The notes beneath the pieces were generated by a model. The model made no database searches, was not told the DNA's origin, and saw only the letters and a program-made list of their open reading frames with translations. Source: Isurus oxyrinchus (Eukaryota). Taken from it: a DNA stretch of 64,000 nucleotides. Shown here in pieces: positions 48,958 through 62,300 of the stretch (its first letter is position 1; every line of letters begins with the position of its first letter). The translations under genes were made by a program, and so were the position numbers. Where the stretch lies: assembly GCA_026770705.1 (NCBI GenBank), contig JANJGN010000047.1, forward strand, positions 3,348,001 to 3,412,000, read 5' to 3'.

Positions 48958-51900
48958 TATCACCTGATATATAACCCGCCAGGGGTACAGAAGACTGGGA
49001 GTGAAAGTGATTGGTCGTTGATTTTTATTGGAAGCTGCTATACATTACTACTCCGAAGGTGTGTGTTATTGGGGAACTGTCTCATATTTCGGAATTACAG
49101 CCGTCATCAGAAGTGAAACATTAAATCCTTCAGCATTATGTAGAAACACTGATCAAGCAAAACAAAAATTAACAAATTTAATCTTGCTTGGGAGTATTCT
49201 GTGTAATACAATTTGATGGTATATTGATAGGTGCAAAACAGATAAGTTACACCAACCTAGATATGCAAATAACACATAATAACAATGAATCCTTGCTGAG
49301 CCAACAAAAAATGACTCAACGCATACACGACTGTACAATAGCCAGCAGATAATATATTAATTATACCTCATAACACCACAAAATTCAGCTCAATATCCAA
49401 ATCTTCAATTTTCTGAGCACGCAGGAACTGATTAAGCATTCGACAGTTAACAAAGTGACCAGGGCCCATCAACTCACCCCTCACTAATATATGAATACAA
49501 TGCAGATAAAGCTAACCTAGTGCTCTGAAACTGACCTAACATCTCAGACATCCCCCAGTTGTTGTCACTTGTCATCATATCTAAGCCATGTATTAGAATT
49601 AAAACTGACAGAATACATATATGCTGACCCATTAATCATTAAAATATCCAGCATCCAAACAAAATAGACATGCTCTTTTAGTCCAGATCCAAACACTCTT
49701 TGTAAAGGGGTGCCCAAGGATTGCTCTGTGGAGTCGGCCTTTACTGAAAATTTTCTATTTTTCAACAGAATCCTAAACGGTCAGTAGTTCGAGGGCATTG
49801 CAGAGTGGAGGCTGGTGTGAGGGGTTTGCTGAGGGGGGTGGTGGAGTTGGAAACTTCCCACGTTATGGCTGTAGATTTCCACATCCTCAGAAAATGCAAT
49901 AGTTTGTTAAACCCACCAAGGCAAACGCAATGTGTGTTTCATACGTCAGATTCTCTCGACAGGTTACCGACATTTTGTTCTCTGACGAACTATTTATGAT
50001 AGTGGTTAGTATTATTTGCCGGCAACATTCTGTTTTTTTTTTTCGCCTGAATTGGTGATGTTACCCAGATGTGCTGTGCCGATTCATTGGCTTGGACATG
50101 TTCAATGCCCAGTAGCATTAAGTCAATATTAGAAGCGAGCAGCTACTAAGATGCTCGTGCAGGTATGACCACAACGACTGATGTTCTGCCTGATCAGCAG
50201 AACACCAAACCAAACAGCGAGTGCTCTGTGATTCTACAGCCTGCGAACTGCTTTGGGAATGCACACAGCCATCTTCAATACTAATTGCTCTTCTTTAGAA
50301 AACACTTTTTTTTACCACAAATATCTCTGTGGTATCCACTTCTGTCCAAGACTCACGCTGAATGATGGCAACATTATTCAATTCAAATGATTGGCAATGT
50401 TTACTGAAAATGGTGCAAGTGCATTTGTGCTTTATTTAGGGAATGATTCCAGAGCGGACTTTTTCCGAGATACAAGTTCGTGGAAAATTTGAAAAATCGC
50501 ACAAGTAATAATGTTGTTCTCTGTTATTGGTGATATTGGTAATCAAGCAACTGACTCTTCAATTAAGCATTTCACTAAGTGTGACAACAATGAACGGCAA
50601 TAAATTTAGCCAATGAAGATTCACAATAACTTTAGATTTAAGGTTATTTCAATATCAATAGTTTGCTTTATCCCTCAGTTCAGCTGTTTGAATCTTAAAT
50701 CTTTCCAATATTTCCTTATATAGAGTCATCTTCCAATTCCCCTTGACATCGTTGACAAATTATTCTCGTTCTGGGACTACAGACAGTGCAATAATACATA
50801 TAATATGTAGCCACAAAGAATAAGAGTAGAAACAAACAGCGCCAAATATATACACCGAGTTATTAATCTGAGAAACTTTTAAACTGGGTCCTTCTGCCTT
50901 GCACCTTAGAAAGAGAAATATATATTTGATTTGATTGTGCCTATCTCTTTCCCCAGGTGACAAGGCCTCTAGAGAAAATGTACCAGTGTGTCAAGTTTAT
51001 TTTTTACTGTTCCATGTGTTTATTAAGTTGCTGAATTTACGGCACAAGGCCGTGCACGCTATTCTCGCTCAAACATAGATTGAAGTGAGGATGCAGAGAA
51101 TACATCACCTAAGTTTAAAATATCAAGCCTTACAACGATCAAACAAAACCGAATATCAGTCATGATAATACTGAGCTGCCCACGATGATTCTGATATTTA
51201 CAATGATGAGGAAAATTTAGCCCGTTTAATTCATGGTGTCTTTCTTTCCATGTATTATTGCCCGCAGGCATTTTCTTCTCCATTTTAAAACCCACTTCAA
51301 GCTGGATACGATAATCCTCTTTGTCTTACAATGTCTGTTAATGTTCAAGTGAATTTTCGTTATCATTCGAAGGCCCTCAGGAACCAATTTGTTAACGTTT
51401 GAGGTCGCAGTGACCTGACATGTGGCCCAGAACTGATTTTGGTGAAAGGTCATCTCGACATGAAACGTTACTCGCTTCCTTCCAAAGATGATGAAATGAT
51501 TTCAAGTTATTCTGGCTTTTTTATTTGCACATCTCCAGCCTCATATTTTTTGTTTGTTTTCTTCTAATACATGATAAAGTCCTGTATACAAGCAAATAGC
51601 TGGCGAGAGCGTTGGAGAGATATGCAGACAATGAACCACAGAGAGTAAGCCAGGAGCAAGGCAGACTGAGCGAAACACAGACAAACATGCAAAAACACAC
51701 ACACGCAGAGAATGAGGTACGTGGAAAACGTTTATATTCTTGAACTTCATAGATTAGCGAGTAGGAATAAGTATGCCAAATGGCTAAGTGTCAGTAGCTA
51801 GAGGGAATGAACATACAATGATTGTCAACATGATTGCTGAACAGAAAGCTCTTCAAACAGCAACTTGCTAAGATGTGGATTGCAGTATTAGAAATAAAGG

Positions 51901-52679
51901 TGTAATCATATTCCTAAAAGTTCTGAGAGGGCAATTGGACAAGTAGTAGCAAATGGCTCATTTTCAAACTAATGGAGGAAAAACAATAGTTGTGACTCAC
52001 CACTTCTTTTGTAAGTTTCTGCTGTAAGTTTCAATGATCCCGTACAGTTTTGGTGACTTATTTCCTTTCCTTCCTCACAGGAAAAAAGGGTAGGGAAGGG
52101 ACGTCGATACATTGTATCCATTAATGGGCAGTTTCGGTCTCATTGCTCTGTGTTGCCAGGCGGCATTTTCGAGCTCTTACATGACCACATCTACCGGTTG
52201 ATTGGAAGAAAGAAGCCACTCTGTACAAACCGTTTTCAAATAATTAACTGCCACCTCAGCCGAGTTTTCAGAAGGTGTTGGAAGGAGAGCCACGCATCGG
52301 TTAATGTTCAAGTCCCATCGCCGGAACGCACTGCCGGGACGCTGCTGCGGTCCTTCCTGACTCTAAGTGCACTGCAGCTTCTGAACGTTGAGCGATTACC
52401 ATGTGACAGTATTACGTTCTCTACTGAGGCTCCCAAAATTATTAAACAATTAACCATATCAAGACATGGATTGGTATTTACTACTTAAAATATCGGGATG
52501 TTATGGAAGGCAGTTGTGGACATGTTTTCAAAATTCACACTTCTGCCCAGTGTCTCAGGAATATTGATGCATAATAATATAGAGTGAGACGATGGGAGTT
52601 CAGCACATTTAAAACATGTTCGGTTGCGCATTGAAAGTGCAGCAGCTCACAAAGCAAGTAATCAAAACTGGAAAGTGGG

Positions 52680-52910
52680 ATTAGGCGGGAAGCTAGTTTT
52701 GGACCCGCGCAGGCACGTTTGATCATAGACCCTCATTCTTTGCTATAAATTGCGATGGTTTCGCGCGTGAATTAAGGTCCATCTTCTCTATTGGCAGCCA
52801 CCTGATGTTTCTGTGCCGTATTGTTCGACAGGAGTTGAAAGACTTCCCGGCTGAGAAAACTGAACATCTGTGACGCAGAGGGCTTTCCCGCCAGATAGCA
52901 TTGGAGTCGG
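52680..52910. promoter_or_regulatory. Putative promoter-like cluster (E2F-type sites, CCAAT boxes, TATA-like)
   Basis: GGCGGGAA 52684, TTTCGCGC 52759, TTTCCCGCC 52884, ATTGG 52790 and 52900, TATAAA 52744, in locally CpG-rich sequence. Confidence 0.35.
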
Positions 52911-55900
52911 GGCGTTATTGATTGAAAACGGGCGTTATACATTTAGCTACGTCCTTTATTCATATCGTTTGAATTGAAGATTGAAGTGGCAAGTTCACTT
53001 AGCCAAAATTTTGTTTAATGACTATCTTAGGCAGTTCAATTTATTTCGACATCGATCGTTTTGAATTATATGTAAAACTTATTACATCTTATTGACGAGA
53101 GTTTCAATATCCATTTGATATTTACATCAGAGACATTAAAATCCGAAATTGATCAGAATTTGCACAGCATATGAATACACTGAAACCCCTGCTTCTCTTC
53201 CTCAAGCACAGCTCCCAGGAACTTCCGTCTGAATTTCTTGTGATATAGAGACAAGCACGAAAGCATTAATAATAGCTTGCTCTGCCTGAATGTTTTGCAA
53301 GTTCGTTAAATATTGTAAATTAACATAAGAATAAAGAGCACAATTTATATTATAATGTTTTTGTTATGATGAAGTGATTCTCCAAATATATTGTTACTGC
53401 AATTAATTTAATCTTTGGGGAATTGTCTTTGTCAATGTTATTCCATAATTTGATTATAAATCCTTCCAAGATAGTACGACATTGTGGGAAGCTCTGAATT
53501 CGTATTAACGTATTTGCTTTTGTAGAATCATGTAATAAGTAAGTTGGCTGAAATTGATTCCATATTCTCATTTTTTCACGCTCCACTGTGCTGGTTATTG
53601 AGATATTGAGACTTATTCCTGCATTTTCTTGCAGCTGCCTGATATTTTTTTGCTGAGTTTTAACTCGATGCCTTGGTTCGGTTTTTTGCTGCTTCCAGCA
53701 TGTCTTATTGCATTCCTGTATAAATCTCTAATTTTCAATCACATATGTTAGTTTACTGACTGGGAAACCTTGCTCCAAAGTTGCAAGTTACAAGGTAAAG
53801 GGCATATGGTTACCTCAATAAGTTTACTTTATTAAAAGCAAATGCATAGTAATCGCCAGGTATTGCCGTTGATATAAGGAAAATATCTTCTAAATCAAAG
53901 AACTGCTGGAGGCACATATTGTAAATTGTTCCACAAATTATTATCAGAAATCGAGGAGTGAACATAATATTTTTGTGGAAAATGGAATATTCTTTCCATA
54001 AATTTGCTACTAATTGGGATTGTGCAAATGCGTTTTGAATTAGTTCATTTAATTGTGTGGATTTTTGAGTTAGTCGATGCTTTGCACATTCATTTAAATT
54101 TAAATACATCAAGTACAAACCGTTAAATTTTCTCCAGGGATTTCATTGTCCATACGCTGGGATTTATTTATCTTTTTTACAGCTGATTATTTTTTTTTTC
54201 CAATTGAAACTGAGACGTGATAACGTAAGCTCGAAAGTGAGCAGACTTCCAGCACTTTGTTTTTATCATGACCTGTGTGCTCTTGTACAGAAACAGCAGG
54301 GTGAACATTGCATTCTAAACTAATTAATTAAATTCAGCAAATAAGGAGCCGAGCCCATCCCTGTTATAAATGAGAGTATCCGATTCTGGGGGACAATTAA
54401 CTCAAGGAGTACAGAATAACAGTCAGAGCTGTACCAACTGGAGAATGAACCAATGCAGATGTTTCTATCAGTCAGATTTCTCAATGCAAATGTTGTCAAC
54501 GCTCCTGGTCATACAGCGAAACAACGAAACAATTACATAATTTATTCTGCATCAGAAGGCGGGCTAGAATTTTTGAATATAGTATGATAAAATATTAAGC
54601 ATTCTCAGAATCAATATGGCTTGAAATAATATTTATCATCAGTAAAATTACTGACTGCAATCCCCAAATATTAACTAGGTAAACTAGTTCTTTTTTCTAC
54701 ATAATTGCCGTGTTTAGTTTAGCTTCAATTTTCTTCATAATTAGGATGATTTGATATGAAGTTAGTGATTCGACTTCATACATTTTACATGTACAGATCC
54801 AGGAAATTATCTTCTTTTCTCCTCCTCCTTCCACATTGCCGATAACTTTTATATCGAGTTGTGCTATGTTAAGGGGATCAAGGGAATTGTCATTTTCTCC
54901 ATCTCCTTGCAGCGGGGCATGGAGGATTTTTTTGCTGCTTTCTCGTTCGAAGATTCAATAATTAAGTTTGTTTCACTGACAGTGAATACATTCCAGCGCT
55001 GTTATCAGATAAATATTTTATTTACCAGAAATCATTTTCATTGGCTATTTAGTTTAATTAAAAAAGATAGAGAAATAAATGTCTAAATTCTGAAACCCTG
55101 ATTTTATTGGTTAATGACCATTTTCTTCACAGGGTTGAAAGGAGATTTATGTTATCCAGACTAATTTTCACAGACCCAATGCAGATCAAGTTCAAATTAC
55201 ACAAGCAGGCCTGTTCTGTTCAAATTTGGAATAGGTTGTCTCAGGGCAAGCAACATTTGAGAGGTCTTATTTAATTTCTAGACATTTCATTGAAGACAGT
55301 TTATGGTCTGTTTTATTTTCAGTTCATTCGGCTTTTAACAGAAAAATTATTTTCTCCAATTCGATTAAGAATTGTGACATGCATTGTGTAGCTTGCATCT
55401 GCTGAACAAAAAGTTTGACTTCACGACAATGTTCATATCAAATATAAATTTCATACAGAATCCAACTCAAAAAACGAGAGGGTTAGCTTATCTTGACCCC
55501 TGCGGTTCTTGTAGACAAAACAGAATGTAATTGTAAATCTTGTTAAACCCAACATGCTTGAAGCAGAGCACCGTCATTCTTAAAATAGCATGTATCACAT
55601 TCTGGGATGTAAGTTCACTCACTGACTGTAGAAACCAAGTTAATTTTGCAGTTGCTGCCAACTGAAATAATACACACATTTTTCAAAAATATATTCATCA
55701 GTGATAGTGCTGTGTGAATAATGTGAGTTGTAATGAGCGGAAAGACTATAAATCATGTTTTCAGCTTTGGACTTCTGGGAATGCCTGTAAATTTGGCAAA
55801 AAGTTAACTTAAAACGAGATAGATCAATATTGGCTTTGAAAGTATAATTAAGGTTATAATAAGTACCATCTGCACGCTGAAAAATGAGGAGACTGAAAGA

Positions 55901-56739
55901 TCTCACATCTTCCCGGGAATTAACCGATGAAAAATTTTTGACTTTTTTTTACGGAGATTCTAAAATTAAAATCAAGTTTCCATATACCCAACATTTTTTT
56001 TTACATAGGATCATCTTGTATTTAATGAGATATCAGGTCTCCATTCTCAATCTCGTTATACTCCATGTCACTTTGTATCAGGATTTTAAACTCATTTGTA
56101 TCTAGAATGCATGAAAACGTTATTCAGTTTTGTAAGTATTGGATAAATGGTTAGTAGTTTTCTAACGTTAGTAACTATTAATCCAACATAAATTCATTGG
56201 GTGGGAAATATATATATATATTTTAAATTTGCAATAGTAGATTGCGAGCCTCATCAGTCCTGAGCTTAATGGAGAACATAACACGAATAATTTCTTTTTT
56301 AATTCATTGTGCTCGCAATTCTACCGTGCAGTTTATGACAGCTATTGAAATCAGGCCTCATAGCTTGGGAACTGTTTTCATCACTACCTATCGAATAATC
56401 CCTCATGAGAAAAATATATTAATTAACATTTTGTGTTAGCTGGATTTATAACCCTTATATTAGTCCTGTAATCAATGTTAACGATCTACATAATCCGTGG
56501 CCCTAAGTCTCATTCTGGGAGATAAATTCCCGTGCAAGGAACTGCTCATCATTTCATAATTTAGGATATGTTCCGTGACATCCTTGCCTGTATTTGTTTT
56601 TCTGTGGCTCCCGGGATATGTAGTCATTAGATCTGCCAGCAATTGTTTCCCGGCCCCAGCTTCCCTAGATAAAACTGTTCCAAATCGTCTTTCTGAAGCC
56701 CAGCAATGTCTGAGGTTCACTTAAACGCATCATAATGTT

Positions 56740-56960
56740 AAGGAGGGAAGCCAATGCAGTGAAGGAAAATCGATATATTTCCAAGTCAGCATTGTGACTA
56801 GCGTGGAGTTTCGGCGTGCGGGGTGTTGGGGGGAACCTTAAGTTTGTGGTACTACCATTCGCCTGCTGCTCATGTTCAGCGAGGCATTTACGCTCGCCAG
56901 TCTGGAAAGAGCTGCTGAAAGAGACTTGGCATGTTGTTGCAGTGAATCTTGTAAATGCGA
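56740..56960 (-). mobile_element. LINE 3' fragment (family of 9270/15490)
   Basis: cgatatatttccaagtcagcattgtg...aacctta agtttgtggtactaccattcgcctgctgctc is similar to 15680-15790. Confidence 0.5.
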
Positions 56961-57984
56961 TAGCGACTGATATAGGAGATGCTTGGACAGCCAATCAAGG
57001 GCGTTCCTGTAACGCAGATTGTGTGGAATTCCTTAAGCATTGTTGCGACTTCCATTACTAAGACAATTACAAACTATTGCATCACACTCATGACTTATAC
57101 ATTCGAACTAGGCGCAGGCTTTCAGCAGAAATATTTTAGCCTAGTCAATTTTTCCAGGAAAGGTGACACAAGGTTACTGGGGCAGGTTATTCAACAATGG
57201 ATATGTCACACATATTAATGGAATTCTACTGTGTTGTGATACGGTGCAAGAGTCAATCAATATGGAGCATTAAAAAAATTGTACAGGATGTATTGGATAT
57301 GTACTAGCTGGTAGTTTAAAACTAAAGGAGAAAATAAAAAGAAGGCGTTGGATTTTGGCAACATCAGTAGATAAATTGCTGGAAAAACCCAGCAGACCCG
57401 AGAACATCTGTGGAGAGAGTCAACATTTCGATTCTATATTGTCCTTCTTTAGGTCTGGAAGAAGGCGGTTCAAGATTTCATGCAGGATAATTGAGCAGGA
57501 CCAATGTGGCTTGCATTCTGTCGTTCTGCATTCTGTAATGCCCAAAGTGCGTGACTTACTTCAACTACAGGAAAGCCTCACACGCCCTTAGCAACTCTAC
57601 ACTGACAGCAAAGATTGCCCCCCAAATCCCCCTTCTTGTGTTAGGCTTTGACAGAACCGTGAGGTTAATCTTTCAGAATGCGGTAGCGCCAGAGAATAAT
57701 GGGATCATTTGAAGTGGGAGAAGGAAAACTGGGAATTTTGCAAGGAGGTGCAGCAATCCATCTGAGGGCTGGAATCAGTGTCAAATGTTCTACAAAACAG
57801 CAAATTTGGAATTTAGAGAGACTAGAAGGTTATTCAGGTAAAATTTAAAAAAAAAACTAACACCTTTTGGAAAAGGTTAACGCTCTGTCAATGGTGTGAA
57901 ACTAACAAATCGAAAGTGACCAAGAAACCGACAGGTCACAATGTCAACAAAAACGAATGGGGTCATGAGGGCAACGTACCCGTA

Positions 57985-58560
57985 TAACTCTTCAACAGAA
58001 CTAAGAAAAAGTAGAAAAGGGGTGAAATATAAGTTGGTTTAGAGGGGAGGGATGGGACACGTAGAGCTGGATAGAGGACCAGAGATAGGTGGAGATAGCC
58101 AAAACATGTCACAGACAAAAGGACAAAAAGGTGTTGAAGCTGGTGATATTATCTATGGAATGTACTAATAAAGATACAGATAGGCCTAATGGGGGTGGAG
58201 TGTGGGGATGGGATAGAAATAGGCTAAAAGGCAGAGATAAAGCACTGGACAGAAATACTAATGAAAGTAATGGAAATAGGTGGGAAAATAAAAACCTATA
58301 TAAATATTTGGAAAAAAGGGGGATTGGAAAGTGGTTGGGGATGGAGGACTGAGTTCAATACCTGAAATTGTTGAACTGGATATTCTGCCCAGAAGGCTGG
58401 AAAGTGCCTACTCGGAAGATGAGGTGCTCTTCCTCCAGTTTGCATTGAGCATCACTGGAACAATGCTGCATGCCAAAGACGGACATGTGGGCATGAGAAC
58501 AGGGCGGACTGTTGAAATCGCAAGCGACAGGGAGGTCTGGGTCATGCTCGAGGACAAACT
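57985..58560 (-). mobile_element. Penelope-like element 3' fragment (GIY-YIG C-terminus and 3' UTR)
   Basis: Reverse complement reads DPDLPVACDFNSPPCSHAHMSVFGMQHCSSDAQCKLEEEHLIFRVGTFQPSGQNIQFNNFR, homologous to 32780-32960. Confidence 0.85.
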
Positions 58561-59297
58561 AAATACCGGAGACAATTGCAGTGTCTATTTGATCATTGAT
58601 GAACTCGGTTTCCATATAGCTACCAGTGCCGAATGCAGTTTTTTCCTCAATTTTCTTTCTGAACATATTAAAATCATGTTGAGAGGGAATTGGTGCCCAA
58701 TGCAGAGCGAAAATGACTGGGGCACCAGGGAGGCGAATGTGAAAAACAACTGATGCTGCTGCCGATGCAAATGGGCTGCCACCTCGCGAGTTACAACATC
58801 ACTGTCATGGAGATTGCATAATGATCCATTTCCGGGTCGGGCTGGGAGAAGGGTTAGATATCTTCCAATTTGCACTCGGGCTGGGATCTCTCGCGTCCAA
58901 TCAGTCAGTTAGCAATTACAGTCATGTCTCTCTGATCTCTGGGGGCTGGAACATATTGTGAATTATGGACACGCTGTCCCTGAGGGGACATCTCTGGTGC
59001 TGTGAACTTCCTACTTATTACCTAGACGTTCACAGGGTTTATTACTATCAGAATTTTATCTTTCACACGTATTATACTTATTCTAATTTTGAATGAGAGT
59101 CTGGGCACAGACCAATATTGCAAATTATTGAGCACTGACCGACCGAACCCGATTGCTGGGGATCTGATGTTTATTAGGTTGTAATTCTACCGGTATTATG
59201 GTGTTTTACAGAGACAGTGAAGCTAAGACTGTCGAATGTGGGCAGTAGGTGCTCAGGAAGAGTGGCGATTCACTACATGGGGAAGCAGCGGACTGTA

Positions 59298-59398
59298 ACA
59301 CAAACAGAATTACCAGGAAAAACTCAGTAGGTCTGGCAGCATCGGCGGACAAGAAAAGAGTTGAGGTTTCGAGTCCTCATGACCCTTCAACAGAACTG
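59298..59398 (-). mobile_element. Short terminal fragment of the same young Penelope family as 48375-48957
   Basis: aaacagaattaccaggaaaaactcagtaggtctggcagcatcggcggacaagaaaagagttgaggtttcgagtcctcatgacccttcaacagaact is nearly identical to 48380-48476. Confidence 0.85.
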
Positions 59399-62300
59399 AA
59401 GTGGGGGACTCAGTTTGGTCTCAGCTGGGACATGCAGGACAATGCTGTGGAGTTTCGGGAGCTGGACTATGGGTCTGCGCGTGATGCACCGGGCGGGGCT
59501 CACTGTGGGGAAGGCACACTGTTCAGTGCAGAGGTTACGTGGACTCTCTGGGGGTGGGGGTGGGAGTTGTGAATGATGTGACTGGGATCACCATTCCTTG
59601 CACCCACCCATGTTGCCATAACGATCTGCTCAGGAAAAAGAAAAATAATGTTCTGTCTCTCTTCACCCGCCGTGTCTGACTATTTTCCCGACCGTAAAGG
59701 AGGAAAGGTTATTATGGCCAAGGGCAAAGGTGATAAATTAGAATTCGGGCCCGATGTTATAATGAGAGTTTATGCTATATTCATTTAGAATCAATGCATG
59801 TAATAAATTATTTTAAGTAATTGCGTTTATCAAAAAAAGAGCTCACACCGTAAGGCACGTGAGGCCTCTCTTTATAACGCTGCAGGCCGCTTGTTGTGAG
59901 GTGAGCCGGATTTTCCAAGCAGAGGCAGTAATTTTCGGAAAATCCCGGACCAAAATACACTCTTCCTCTCTACTCGCCCGGGTGTTTAGGGATGTTCTTA
60001 GCGTGTTCAGTGAGAGCCAATTGCGCGGCCGGTTGTCCACTTGCCCAGCTCTTACATTATAGTTTTTTTCTCCCTCTTTGTAAAAATGTCCTGGCTGGCT
60101 ACCCAGGTGATTACATCAGATCACTGATGCTCGCAAATAGGACAAGGAGCCAATACTTGCAGAGGGTTCCGATGCGAATTTCTGTCCTACCTCTGGTGTC
60201 TGACAGTCCGTGTTACGGAAGATTGGAGTCTATATTTTTACAGAATTTGAAACGGGATCTGGGGAGAGAGGTTCCTCAGCACAGAGAGAGCCTGAGTCAT
60301 GTGGCAGTATGGGAATAAGCTGCACCACAAGATCCCGATGTTAACTGATCAGTACCAATCATTTCAAGATTGAATCAATATTGAAATCGTGCGATGTGCA
60401 GCTTTTCAAAAAATATGTCAAGTGCTGTGCACGAGACAATTGCAGTGAATAAACTTAAGAGCGTTATATTACTCAATGAAAGGTGGAGAGTTCCCCATCC
60501 CCAACCGCAGGAAATCCTGACACTATAATTTCACCTGATCGTCATCAGAAAAGATTAATTACCAAATTAACAAAATTGGTGAATATTGCTGTACAGAGCT
60601 GCAATTGTAAAACTGAACAAGTCTATTAAAACCAATGTCCATAGGGCTTTGGCGGAAGCTACACTTTCTAAGTTACTGCTCAATGTCGAACTATCTTCAA
60701 TTGCTTCATCACTGCCCTTTCTAACGTTATATATTCAGAAATGTACTTGTTCACTAATGATTGCTCAGTGCTCAGCTACATTACAAATTCATTAAATTAG
60801 GAAGCAGCCCAAGTCCACACAGTGCAAATCCCGGACTACACCCAGGCCTCAAATTCTCGGGGATAAGTAAGAATTGTACCACACGGATATGTGCAAGGGG
60901 CTAACGACAAGAACACAATGAAAGCCTCCGCTTGGCATTCAGTTGCTTCGCCATAAAACAGTCCCTCGCCATCTTAAACTTGGAGAAAATCTTTGGCAAA
61001 ATTCGCAATTGCAAGACTCAATTCAATGCTTTCGGCACTTGAGCAGGCCGGAGGCTGAATGTGCCGTGAACTTCGATCATCACCTCGCTCTCCAGAGCTT
61101 CTCAGGTCCCGATTCATTACAGATCGTGCAAACTCCACTTGCCCTGAATAGGCGCTGCTGAAGCAACAATCGGGAGCCTTGCCACCCCCAGGCAAAGTAT
61201 TGTATTTGACAGGGATTTCATTCACCGCCACCAACCTCCATTCTCTCACTGAAAGGGGCACGACGACTGCATGCTTTATTATATAGAGGGAGGACGGGAT
61301 CACCAGTCCAAACAGTCGTTTAACGTATCTCCAAGCCACGTTCTTTATTCCGCGAGTTCAAATTCAATGAACTATCCATCTTACAATAAATCCGGAGTTC
61401 CTGCTCCTCACGTAATGCAGCTGTTTTTAAAAACCACCAAACAATCTTCTCAATTATACAAAGGATGTAATAATATATACAGGCCTTGTTAGCCAAGGTT
61501 ACGAATGTGGAATTGTTGGGAATATGACACATAACTACACAAACTGGAGGACAAATTTACTGTCCACGTGGGCCAACTGGTCCATCTTGGCGCTAATGAT
61601 CGAATCGAGACTCTCTCCATCCCCAACCCTCACCCGATCCCGCCCCAACAACACCGCCTCGTCTGTCACCATTAGTATAACTTGAGGATACTTTGTCCCA
61701 CACCTGATCATAAATCGTCCCCTTAAATATAGCCATGTCAACCACCTGATCTTCTGGGGTCACGAATTCCACTTTCAAACAACTATGCCGTAATAGCAAT
61801 TTTTCTGAATACATGTTGGGATGTTTTGTGTGTTTTTTTTTAGATTTCTAGTTTGGACATAGTCCAAAGTCCCGGGTTCTCTTCATTAGTGAAACATAAT
61901 AAAGCCTGGCTATTGATTGTTTCCCCTCGGCCCTCCTCGCAGAACTGTCACAATCCTTACAGATAGTGTTCAACATTTTCTGTTGTCTCTTGGAATTTGA
62001 CGGCCCCGTTGCGGCGGGGGCGTAAATGGCGGCGACCTATTCAAATGTCCATTGAGTTCGGCGTCACAGTAAAATCCCACTGGCGCAAGCGTCCGATGAC
62101 CGAAACGTAAAAAAAAACATATCAAACTTTTCAATTCTGTCCATCCAGTAAGGAAGGCCGGTATTTTCTATCCTTTTCGTTTGGTTTTTCTTGATCTATA
62201 TTTCGATGATTTGTTTATCTCTCCGCTGAAATCCGATTCTGCACCTAACTTATTTGCACTTTCATTTTTCAAGGAGTACATGACATCTGAATTAAGCCTA

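Noticed and set aside
50480-50545. LFSVIGDIG|gtaatc resembling a GPCR first exon
   Set aside because: It lies downstream of the GPCR pseudogene, has no in-frame start context and no second exon follows.
55640-55906. DGTY-x20-C-x4-H pattern reminiscent of an Ig C1 domain C-terminal half
   Set aside because: The N-terminal Cys/Trp strands are absent and the upstream frame contains a stop; likely coincidence.
59843-59960. PSE/TATA-like arrangement suggesting a Pol III type-3 RNA gene
   Set aside because: The downstream sequence does not resemble U6, U6atac, 7SK, RNase P/MRP, Y, vault or tRNA-Sec RNAs as I know them. No tRNA, rRNA or snRNA gene was recognised anywhere in the window.
60974-61339. 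121-aa minus-strand ORF in CpG-rich sequence
   Set aside because: Non-ATG start, no recognisable domain, no supporting splice structure.
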